Position numbers and translations under genes: made by a program. The notes under the pieces are model-generated. The model searched no databases, was not told where the DNA came from, and saw only the letters and a program-made list of their open reading frames with translations. A DNA stretch of 64,000 nucleotides from Mobula hypostoma (lineage: Eukaryota): positions 83,950,001-84,014,000 of the forward strand of contig NC_086097.1 of assembly GCF_963921235.1 (NCBI RefSeq), read 5' to 3'. This document shows, in pieces, positions 11,656 to 21,709 of this stretch. The first letter of the stretch is position 1; each line of letters starts with the position of its first letter.

Positions 11656-11897
11656 CTTGGCGGCACGGGAGGCGTTCCTGCCTGTGGCCATCGAACGTGC
11701 AGCTCCTCCCATGGAGGGTCAGACACCCTGAGCCAATAGATTGGTCCTGGACTTATTTTCCATCTGGCATAGTTTGCATTTTGGTGTTTGATTGTTGGGG
11801 TTTTTTTGTATTGCTATATTTACGCTCTATTCTTGGTTGGTGCAGCTATAACGAAACCAAATTTCCCTCGGGATTAATAAAGTATCTCTATCTATCT
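11656..11897 (+). mobile_element. Rex1/Babar-type LINE 3' end inside Gypsy RT
   Basis: Related to the 3' end of the element at 30048-30770 (FLPVAI...GGSDTLSQ*); AATAAA plus (TCTA)n tail. Confidence 0.75.
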
Positions 11898-13928
11898 AAT
11901 ATGAGACTTCATTCTTGAAAAACTCACGTTTGTCTCTCTTTGTGTGCAGACCATACTCACTCAGCCTGGTAAGCACTTTACCAAAGTTCTGGAGGTGCTT
12001 TTCATCATTCTTGCCAGTCACAATGATGTCATCAAGGTAACATTGTGTTCCTGGGATATCTTGGAGCACTTGGTCCATTGTCGTTTGCCATTTTCTGGAG
12101 ATGATGCGACACCAAAGACGAGACAATTATACTGGAACAGTCCCTTCTGAGTGTTGATTGTCAGGAACTTCCTGTTTGACTCCTCAATCTCCATTGGCAG
12201 ATAGGCTTGTGACAAGCCAATCTTTGAAGACCTCTCCCCACCTGCCAAAGATGCAAAAATGTCTTTTATTCATGGCTTGGGATACTGCACAGTATCCTCA
12301 CATATATGAACGACTCCAGCCTTCCTTTTCTTGATCACTGGGACAATGGGCATGGCCCAATCGCTCCCCTCAACCTTGGTGAGAATTCCAGATGTCTCCA
12401 GGTGCTAAGTTCAGCATCCAGTTTAGGGTGTAGTGCATAAGGCACTGGACACACTTTATGGAATCCTTGTGTTGCTGCTTCATCCAGTTCAATTCTGGCC
12501 TTCATGCCTTTGAGTTTACCAATCCTCTTCTCAAACATCTTCTCATTAACATTAAGCAGTTGTGACAGTCTCGGGATAGTGTGCCAGTCCAGTTGGATTT
12601 TTCTCAACCATTCATGTCTGGAAAGTGCTGACCCTCCACTTTTCTACACATTAAGCGCTAACTAGTGTTTTGCCTCCGTACATCACACTCACTTTCAGTT
12701 TGCCTTTGGGGGACACTTTTTCACCTGTGTAGTTCTTTAGCATCAGTGAAGTATTCTCTAAAGGTAGCTGAGAAAACAGTCTGTTGTGGTCAGCCTCTGA
12801 AATTATAGACAAAGCTGACCCTGCTTGCAGCTCCATTTTCAGTTTTACCCTAGACACATCTTTTGTGATCCATATGGTTTTGTCATCTACTTCAATAATT
12901 CTATGCAGTTCTAGGCATGACAGCTCCCCTTTGTCAGACACTGTGTTATCTGATTCTATTTCATCTTTGGTCACTTTATGCATTGCTTACTTTTGGGTTT
13001 GAAACTTTTCACTCGGTGTAGTTCTTCTCTTTGTTTGTACTTTTTGTCTGCCTTGTACACTCTCTCTATTTGACCTTGACTGTGACACTTTCTGCAAACT
13101 TTTTCTCTGAACCAATAATAATTTGCACAATGGGAGGATTTGCCATATCCATAACATTTTTGGCTTTTTGCACCTTTCAGGGATATTTTCACATTCTAAG
13201 CTCCTTTTCTGTAGTTCTGCTGCATCCTTTGCTGCAGTCTCTAACAATATTGCAATGGTCAATGCCCATTCTAAGGTTAGGTCTCTTTCTGACAGTAGTT
13301 TCTTCTGAGTACTTTGACTATGCATGGCACAAACAAACCTGTCCCTTAATGCAACAGAAAGTCCATATCTAAAGTCACAGTACTGGAAAAGCTTGTTCAG
13401 TCCTGCAATGTATTCAGAAAATCTATTATCCTTTGACTGGTTCCTTTTGTATAATCTAAATCTCGCAGCTATTACCAGCGGTTTAGGGCTCAAGTGACTT
13501 TGTAAAATTGTAACAATTTCATCGAACGTCTTGCTTGCTGGCTTTTTAGGGGTTACCAGGTTGTGTAAGAGTCTGCACATTTTAGCAGCCATTAAGCTAA
13601 GAAGTGTGGAAATTTTCTTTTCCTCACCCGCATTGTTTCGCGTTTCAATACAGTTTAACCCTCTCAATATAAGACTCCCAGCCTTCATTAGCCCTATCAA
13701 ATACATCAACATCCCCGGCTAAACCCATCGTTATGTTACTTTCACTTTAACTTTGCTAGTTGTGCGCCTTTCACTGTGTACTCTGCAGTTACTCACATGT
13801 CCCTTTGTTAGTGTCTGTAATGGCTTTCTCTGTACTGTTTAACTCTTTCCTCTCACTGTCTCATCTCATCTCATGTGGGTGCAGTTGGTAATATTTTCTG
13901 ACATTCAGTTTCATACTCATCACCAATG

Positions 13929-14128
13929 TGTTCTGTCTGTGCAACTACAGATTAATTAAATAAAAGCATGCATGCAGGAGATGGCTTTAACTGGTGAATT
14001 CACATTGCAGTGAGAGAGACAGAGATCAATGCACATGCGTAAACAACATCAATGCGCAGACATAGACAACACTCCATACAGTGCTAAGGTGAGTCATTGC
14101 TTTAAAAGAAATAGATCAATAAATTACA
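13929..14128 (-). repeat. 5' LTR of Gypsy element 1
   Basis: TGTTCTG...ATTACA, alignable to 1725-1908 with many substitutions and indels; PBS adjacent. Confidence 0.88.
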
Positions 14129-14147
14129 GCTACTATATCCATAGTTT

Positions 14148-14675
14148 AGAACATAGAACTGTACAGCATAGTATAGGCCCTTCAGCCCACGATATTGTGC
14201 CGACCCTTTAACCTAATCCAAGATCAATTTAACCATTTCCTCCCACATAGGCCTTTATTTTTTCTCAAACACATGTCTATTTAAGAATCCCTTAAAAGTT
14301 CGTAATGTACCTGCCTCTACCACCACCCCTGGCAGCATGTTCTATGTGCCTAACACTGTGAGTAAAAAAAAATACCTTTGACGTCCCCACTATATTTTCC
14401 TCCCTACACCTTAAAGTTATGCCCCATTGTATTCTGGCCTGAGAAGTCTTCTTTGCCTGTCCACTCAATCTATGCCTCTCATCTTCTTGTATACCTCTAT
14501 CAAGCAACCTCTCAACAAACTTCTCTCCAAAGAGAAAAATCCTAGTTTACTCAACCTAACCTTATAAATCATGCTTTCTAATTCCAGGCACCATCCTAGG
14601 TAGATCTCTTCTGCACCCACTCTAAATCTTCCACATCCCTTTTGCAATGAAGTGACCAGAAATGAACATAATAGT
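14148..14675 (-). mobile_element. Degenerate CR1 3' fragment
   Basis: AGAACATAGAAC tail; RLSKLGFFSLERSLLRGCLIEVYKKMRGID on the minus strand. Confidence 0.8.
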
Positions 14676-14904
14676 TTAGCTGGATGGTAAGAAAATCAGG
14701 TGGGTTAACAAATGGGATTGCTTAGCACAGATTTTGTCAAATTCTTTCCTGAATTATGGGAAAAAAGTGAAATATGAGAAATAAATTAAAAGTCCGCTAA
14801 AAATAAAACAGATGTCCACAAAATAAAACAAAAAGCTATATGGTTTCCCGATATAAAAGGAATTTTCAGTGAAATTTGAGCAGAACTACATTAGAAGTAT
14901 GAAA

Positions 14905-16200
14905 GCTATTGGAAGTTATTCTGGAGGATATATATGGACAGACAGCAATTCATTAGGGATAGTCAGCATGGCTTTGTGCGTGGTAGGTTATGTCTAACCA
15001 ATCTTACAGCGTTTTTTGAACATGCTACCAGGAAAGCTGATAAAGTCAAGGTAATGGATGTTGTCTACATGGACTTCAGCAAGGCACTTGACAAGGTCCT
15101 GCATGGGAGGTTGGTCAAGATGGTTCAGTTGCTTGGCATTCAAGATGAGGTGCTAAATTGTATTAGACATTGGCTTCGTGGGAGATGCCAGAGAGTGGTA
15201 GTAGATGGTTGCCTCTCTGACTGGAGGCCTGTGACTAGTGGAGTGCCGCAGGGATCAGTGCTGGGTCGGTTATTATTTGTCATCTACATACATGATTTGG
15301 GTGATAATGTGATTCACTGGACCAGCAAATTTGAAGATGTAGTGGACCAAGATTGGGGCTGTAGTGAACAGTGAGGAAGATTATCGAAGCTTGCGGCAGG
15401 ATCTAGACCAGCTGAAAAAATGGGCTGAAAATGGCATATGGAATTTAAAGCAGACAAGTGTGAAGTGGTGCTCTTTGGGAGGACAAACCAGGGCAGGTCC
15501 TACACAGTAAGCGGTAGGGCACTGACGGGTTCAGTAGAACAAAGGGATCTGAGAATGCAGTTCCATAATTCATTAAAAGTGGTGTCACAGATTGATGGAG
15601 TCATAAAGAAAGCTTTGGCCTTTGTAGATCAAAGTACTGAGTAAAAGAGTTGGGATGTTATCTTGAATTTGTATAAGACATTGATGAGGCCTAATTTGGA
15701 GTATTGTGTGCAGTATAGGAAAGATGTAAATAAGATTGGAAGGGGACAGAGAAAATTTATAGGATGTTGCTGGAACTGGAGGACTTCAGTTATCAGGAAA
15801 AATTGAATAGGTTACAACTTTATTTTCTAGAACGTTGAAGATTGAGGGAAGATTTGATAGAGGTATACAAAATTATGAGGGGTATAGATAGGGTAAATGT
15901 AAGCATGCTTTTTCTGCTGAGGTTGGGTGAGACTACAATAGAGATGATTGGTTAAGGATGAAAGGTGAAATGTTCAAAGAGAACATGAGGGGAACTTCTT
16001 CACTCAGAGGGTGGAGAGTGTGTGGAACGAGCTGCCAGCGCAAGTGGTGGATGTGATTTCAATTTCAACGTTTAAGAGACATTCGGATAGGTACATGGAG
16101 AGCTATGTTTGATGGGACTAGCTAGACAGTTTAAATGGTTCAGCATGGACTAGATGGGCTGAAGGGCCTGTTTCTGCACTGTAGTTTTCTATAACTATGA
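14905..16200 (+). mobile_element. Degenerate CR1 RT-to-3' fragment
   Basis: SQHGFVRGRLCLTNL, YMDFSKALDKV and GVPQGSVLG motifs with frameshifts; TTCTATAACTATG tail. Confidence 0.88.
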
Positions 16201-17322
16201 GAAGTCAAAGTTTAAGACAATTATAATACATGATTTAGAGGAAATTGACATGTTAGATATATGAGGTTATTTCTCTCAAAACGGAGTCTTAAACAAGCAA
16301 CATATTCTCAGAATTTGGGCTGAACACCTGCACCAAGTTTGAGTAATTTCTTCTCTGAGTTAAGAACTATTAACTTTTTCCATCAAATTCTAATGAAGGG
16401 ACTTGGACCCAAAATGTTGACTATTTTGCTTTTCACAAGCGTTACCAGATCTGTTGATTGTTTCTGGCATTCTCTTCTTTTATTTCTGATTTTCATTATA
16501 TTCAAGTCTTAGATAATGTTTAGAATGCAGAAAGTTGAGGGTGATGGAAATTGGCCAGAAAGGTGGTTAAAGCTCAAATCAGAAATAACCCAATGGATGG
16601 CAAAATAGGTTCAAGGGATCATGTGATTACCCCTCTCCTATTACACTGTTGACTCATTTTATTTGGTTTTAAATGATGTTTGCTCAATCAAATGTTTTGG
16701 TATAATAATTCACATTAATTGAAACAAAGGATTTGGACAGGTGGATGTGGAAAATGTTTCCTCTTGTGGGATAACCTAAAACTAGGCATGACCACTTAGG
16801 ACAGATGAGGTGATATATTTTCTCTCATAGGGTTGCAAGTCTTCCTGAACTCTTTCAAAGGCCAGTTGAAGCAATGTATTTGAAGATTTTTAAGGCAGTA
16901 ATGGATAAGTATTTGATAAGCAAGGGGAGTGAAAAATTACTTTGGTAACTGGAGCTGAGCAGCGAATTGAATCAGAGAAGATCTTAGCATATGGTGAAAT
17001 AGGGCCATGGGTCACTCGTTCCTAACTCACGTGTACATTTGTATGAACCTGCCTTTCTTAGCTTCGCAATGTCTTGACTGGCCTTGAAAAATAATGTTAA
17101 TTTTTAATAATAAAAATTATAAAGGAAAATAATAGCTGGCTAACAATAATAACACCCCAGTTTATGAGTGGAAATAATGCTAATTTATACATGAAAGAAA
17201 TTTTGGACGTAGTAACAAAGACTGCTTGGAACTTCTATGAGTTTTGTGATGATTTTTCAAGTTAAGAGGAACAGCAGTAGGTAAAAATATATTTCATCAC
17301 TATAACTACCATTCTTAAACTA

Positions 17323-17951
17323 ACAACACACATCAAATTTGCTGGTGAACGCAGCAGGCCAGGCAGCATCTCTAGGAAGAGGTACAGTCGACGTTTCAGG
17401 CCCAGACCCTTCGTCAGGACTAACTGAAGGAAAAGTTAGTAAAAGATTTGAAAGTGGGAGGGGGAGGGGAGATCCAAAATGATAGGAGAAGGTAGGAGGG
17501 GGAGGGATGGAGCCAAGAGCTGGACAGGTGATTGGCAAAGGGGATATGAGAGGATCATGGGACAGGAGGTCCGGGGAGTAAGACAAGGAGGGGGGGAAAC
17601 CAGAGGATGGGCAAGGGGTATAGTCAGAGGGACAGAGGGAGAAAAAGGAGAGTGAGAGAAAGAATGTGTGTATAAAAATAAATAACGGATGGGGTACGAG
17701 GGGGAGGTGGGGCATTAGCGGAAGTTAGAGAAGTCGATGTTCATGCCACCAGGTTGGAGGCTACCCAGACGGAGTATAAAGTGTTGTTCCTCCAACCTGA
17801 GTGTGGCTTCATCTTTACAGTAGAGGAGGCCATGGATAGACATGTCAGAATGGGAACGGGATGTGTAAGTTGCTGGTGAACGCAGCAGGCCAGGCAGCAT
17901 CTCTAGGAAGAGGTACAGTCGACGTTTCAGGCCGAGACCCTTCGTCAGGAC
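17323..17951 (-). mobile_element. Penelope-like element 3' part with a partial tandem pseudo-LTR
   Basis: GIY-YIG C-terminal peptide HGLLYCKDEATLRLEEQHFILRLGSLQPGGMNIDF. 17868-17952 repeats 17337-17421. 11-bp TSD TTCTTAAACTA (17312-17322, 17952-17962). Confidence 0.88.
17386..17421 (-). ncRNA. Minimal type-I hammerhead ribozyme motif
   Basis: Minus strand AGUC-CUGACGA-AGG(GUCUGGG)CCU-GAAA-CG-UC/GACU: complete catalytic core, stems I and II, palindromic ACGU stem III. Confidence 0.75.
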
Positions 17952-17952
17952 T
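17917..17952 (-). ncRNA. Minimal type-I hammerhead ribozyme motif
   Basis: AGUC-CUGACGA-AGG(GUCUCGG)CCU-GAAA-CG-UC/GACU on the minus strand. Confidence 0.75.
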
Positions 17953-18480
17953 TCTTAAACTATATTGATTCATCAACCTTTATCAATTCAATACTTTCAA
18001 TCCTTCCATTCAAACTCTTTTATTCTATAATTCCCGTTTTCATTTGCATCAGCTAAATGTGGGAGCCAGTAACCATGCCACTTAGCAAAAATTATGTACG
18101 ATCAAGGAAATTTATGGTCTACATCAGCTATATACAAACCAATCTAGAAAAGGTAATCTACGATCATCTAAACGACATCATGATCAGTATAGGAAACACA
18201 TTATCTTTCAGTATCTGGACTGATAGTTGCTACAGTATCATTTGTTAACAGGGAATGTCTAGACTAGATATTGCACAATTCAGGAGTCAGGATAGATTGA
18301 GTTGAATTTCGTAGCTTTATGCCCTGTGTTCACTAAATTGATCTGCTCCAATCAGCAATATTGAGAAAATAATATTCTTGTCACACAACAGGAATTCTGC
18401 AGATGCTGGAAATTCATGCAACACACATCAAAGTTGCTGGTGAACGCAGCAGGCCAGGCAGCATCTGTAGGAAGAGGTGC

Positions 18481-18516
18481 AGTCGACGTTTCAGGCCGAG
18501 ACCCTTCGTCAGGACT
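18481..18516 (-). ncRNA. Minimal type-I hammerhead ribozyme motif
   Basis: Exact reverse complement of the 36-nt motif at 18695-18730. Confidence 0.75.
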
Positions 18517-18694
18517 AACTGAAGGAAGAGTGAGTAAGGGATTTGAAAGTTGGAGGGGCAGAGGGAGATCCAAAATGATAGGAGAAGACAGGAGGGGGAG
18601 GGATAGAGCCAAGAGCTGGACAGGTGATAGGCAAAAGGGGATACGAGAGGATCATGGGACAGGAGGTCCAGGAAGAAACTCACTTCCTTCAGTT

Positions 18695-18730
18695 AGTCCT
18701 GACGAAGGGTCTCGGCCTGAAACGTCGACT
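18695..18730 (+). ncRNA. Minimal type-I hammerhead ribozyme motif
   Basis: AGTC CTGACGA AGGGTCTCGGCCT GAAA CG TC GACT; predicted cleavage after C18726. Confidence 0.78.
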
Positions 18731-19081
18731 GCTCCTCTTCCTACAGATGCTGCCTGGCCTGCTGTGTTCACCAACAACTTTGATGTGTGTTGCTTGGATT
18801 TCCAGCATCTGCAGAATTCCTGTTGTTTGCATTTAAATTCACTACTGCGAAGCCTCTTCCGGTGATGCATACACTGAAGAAGTTTAGATCCTCTCTTTGA
18901 AACCCCCCCCCCACTTGTCTTTCTTCCCGGACCTCCTGTCTCATGATCCCCTCGTATCCCCTTTTGCCTATCACCTGTCCAGCTCTTGGCTCTATCCCTC
19001 CCCCTCCTGTCTTCTCCTATCATTTTGGATCTCCCCCTCTCCCTCCAACTTTCAAATCCCTTACTCACTCTTCCTTCAGTT

Positions 19082-19117
19082 AGTCCTGACGAAGGGTCTC
19101 GGCCTGAAACGTCGACT
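19082..19117 (+). ncRNA. Minimal type-I hammerhead ribozyme motif
   Basis: Identical 36-nt motif; predicted cleavage after C19113. Confidence 0.78.
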
Positions 19118-20089
19118 GCACCTCTTCCTACAGATGCTTTGGTAGGGTTTTGGTTACGTAGGTCTGTTGTACACATTGAAGAGCTAGAGGAAATAGTGTT
19201 GTATGGGTGAATCCACTCTTTTTTTGTAACACACATACACTGCTCTTTATGGAAACTTATTTAAACCACTCAACTCTGATATTGCTACCCTCCTACTCCC
19301 TCAATCTCATCCATGCTCTTAGTTGGCCTTGTTCTCTCAGTGTTCTCACACTAAAGGTTATGATTGCTGGTCAGATCACAGACTTTCGTCCACATATTCA
19401 TACCCTCCTCCAGAGCTACCACCTTGATAATCTGCAGAAAAGACATGTCCTTCCTTAGTAGCTTCACAATTTAACACTTATTTCCAATTTCATCTCCTCT
19501 GGCTCTTAACTTCTGTTACTGTCAGTACTCAACTTTACCAATAGGTCTTCTCTGACAAAGGCAGCAAATGGCTGTTAGATTTGCTCCCTTGCAGCTCCAG
19601 CTGATCCAACACCAGCTACTCTGGTTTCATCCCACATCCTAAAGGGATTATACAGATTGGTAGATTTGTTGGCCACAGCACAAAGGCAGTAATGTAGCAG
19701 AATCTGGAAAAGCTGACGAGGAAATAAAATAGGTTTAGAGTAGTGTATTTAGTGTATGATTAACACAAGTTAGTGCTTGATAGTTTGTGCAAAGCAATGG
19801 TCCAAGGGACCTGTTTCCATGTTGTGTGACTATAATTAAATTCACTCACTTTCATTGTTTTCCTGGTTTCTATTTTAACTTACTTATCGCAGAACTTGAC
19901 CCTACAATAACAACTAGTAACCATGCCTTTGAAAACAAAAATGCCTATAATTCAAAGGACTTAATAGAGAACAAGATTTGCTCATGCTTGCTCAATTAAA
20001 CTTAACCTCGACTGATTATTCCTGCTCAGTTCCAACAGCATTTTGTATGTACTACTCCAGATTTCCAACATCTGCAGAATCTCACCTGT

Positions 20090-20750
20090 TTAATCAGAAT
20101 AGGCTTATTATTATCACATGTACCAAAATACAATGAGTCTTGTCTTGCATACTGTTCCTACAGCGCTAAAGCTATAAATTGCAGTGCACATAAACAATGA
20201 AATGCAATATCATAAAGAGGCAGATTGTGAGGTTGAGTCTATCTTATACAAGAGGTTCATTCAAGAGTCTGATAACAGCAGGACAGAAGTGTAGTTGAGG
20301 CAAACAACAGGAATTCTGCAGATGCTGGAAATTCAAGCAACATACATCAAAGTTGCTGGTGAACGCAGCAGGCCAAGCAGCATCTATAGGAAGAGGTGCA
20401 GTCGACGTTTCAGGCCGAGACCCTGCGAGGCCTGAAACGTCGACTGCACCTCTTCCTATAGATGCTGCTTGGCCTGCTGCGTTCACCAGCAACTTTGAGG
20501 TAGTTGAGGCATGTACCTTCTGCCCAATGGGAGAGTGAGAAGGTAGAACGTCTCGGAGGGTGAGATCATTGATTATGCTGGCTACTATATTGAGGCAGCA
20601 AGTGCAGGCAGAATCCATGGAGGGAAAGCAGGTTTCCATGATATGCTGCGTTGTGTGCATAACTTTATGTTTTCTTGAAGTTACAGGCAGAGCAGTTGCC
20701 ATACTATGGCATGATGCATTAATAAAAATTGCTAAGGGTCAATGGGGCCA
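20090..20750 (-). mobile_element. Degenerate Rex1/Babar-like LINE 3' fragment hosting the Penelope hairpin
   Basis: ASIINDLT..., FCPAVIRLLNEPL C-terminal-like peptide and an AATAATAAGCCTATTCTGATT tail on the minus strand. Confidence 0.6.
20303..20499. mobile_element. Penelope-derived fold-back insertion (70-bp perfect inverted repeat)
   Basis: Arms 20347-20416 and 20429-20498; 12-bp TSD GTAGTTGAGGCA (20291-20302, 20500-20511). Confidence 0.88.
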
Positions 20751-21089
20751 TTCCAAATTTCTTCAACTCAACAAAATCCTCCAAGTTCTGAGAAAGAACA
20801 ATCAAACTCTTTCAAGCCAACATCCCCTGCACTGAGGCTGGTGTTGGAAAGGACACGTTGTTCAGATGCCCAAACTAACTTTTCAAAATCAACGTTCAAT
20901 TCCAAGCTCGACATCGGAGAAGACTACTGGGCAAACAGAAAAAGGCCCAAGAAATTGCTCAAAACCCTTGATAAAATGAAGCGGCAACCCCCACTGACTC
21001 CTGGGAACCTCTGGCTGGCTCACAGCCTGCTGTTGTTTCCTAACCGGCTCTATCATTGTGTGTTACGTAAGGTGCAAGGCATAAGACCA

Positions 21090-21305
21090 CAGTCACCCTA
21101 CAGAAGATAGTAAAAGCCGCCAAGAGGATCACCAGCAGGGTCTCCCTCCATATTTACCGGGAGCGACTGTGTACAAAGAGCCCGAAAAGGATCCCCACCA
21201 CCCATCCCACAATCTCTTTGACCCACTACCGTCAGGAAGGAGGTACAGGAGCATCAGGAATAGGGCTGCGGGACTGGGTAAAAGTTTCTTCCCTCAGGCT
21301 GCTAC
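21090..21305 (+). mobile_element. Rex1/Babar-like LINE 3' fragment
   Basis: KDPHHPSHNLFDPLPSGRRYRSIR...SFFPQA, the typical C-terminus of this clade. Confidence 0.8.
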
Positions 21306-21569
21306 AACCGAGATGTTGTCACTAGGACAGTCAGATGACAATAGAGAACTTGAACATGAACCATATAAAATGGAGGAGGAAGACTCGGGGTGCCACTAGG
21401 AACGCCGATCCATGCATACAGAAGCCACAGGAAAGGGACTTACCGGCCCACAAACTCATCCCTAACCCCATCGTCCAACTACTACATAGCCTAGGGTATC
21501 GACATTTGTTTCAACATTCCTCACAAAACCCGAGGTGTAATCCAGTACCCTCCACCACCCCCTTCCACC

Positions 21570-21660
21570 AGCAGCCCGCCCGCGAAAGCAAGAGCCGCCC
21601 GCCCGTGACGTCATCGCGCTCCGTGATTGGCCGCCGCTTGGGCATCGGCCTCCATTTTGT
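21570..21660 (+). promoter_or_regulatory. CpG-rich TATA-less promoter of SRSF5 copy 1
   Basis: GC boxes 21574-21604, CRE TGACGTCA 21606-21613, inverted CCAAT 21626-21630, YY1/Inr-like CCATTTT 21652-21658. Confidence 0.75.
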
Positions 21661-21709
21661 GCACTGGTTTTTATTTCGCCTGCGTCACAGGAACGGAGCG
21701 TGTGTGTAG
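21645..21709 (+). other. srsf5: Probable non-coding exon 1 of SRSF5 copy 1 (TSS approximate)
   Basis: Donor TAG|GTAATG at 21709/21710; same layout as copy 2. Confidence 0.6.

Larger units (their letters stand above)
1725..14128 (-). mobile_element. Full-length degenerate Gypsy/Ty3 LTR retrotransposon with nested insertions
   Basis: Two TG...CA LTRs and a 5-bp TSD GCTAC (1720-1724, 14129-14133). PPT at 1909-1920; PBS-like TGGTGATGAG next to the 5' LTR. Broken gag with Zn knuckle (12971-13712), protease (12651-12983), RT with YLDD (11896-12607), RNase [13 protein letters not shown] (8168-8365) and integrase SDNGPQY/HPATNGLTER (2507-2745, 5651-6250). Confidence 0.93.
18385..19138. mobile_element. 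Composite of Penelope-like ends: one inverted plus two direct copies
   Basis: 18385-18678 is the reverse complement of both 18678-18826 (in part) and 18920-19138; same family as 17323 and 57713. Confidence 0.88.

Noticed and set aside
16388..16423. Decayed hammerhead-like sequence (also near 31640 and 34486-34522)
   Set aside because: Core is mutated (e.g. CTAATGA, CAAAA); not called as a ribozyme.
17320..20702. Recurrent ORFs with SPDEGSRPETST / AAGQAASVGRGAVDVSG peptides
   Set aside because: Translations of the non-coding Penelope pseudo-LTR.
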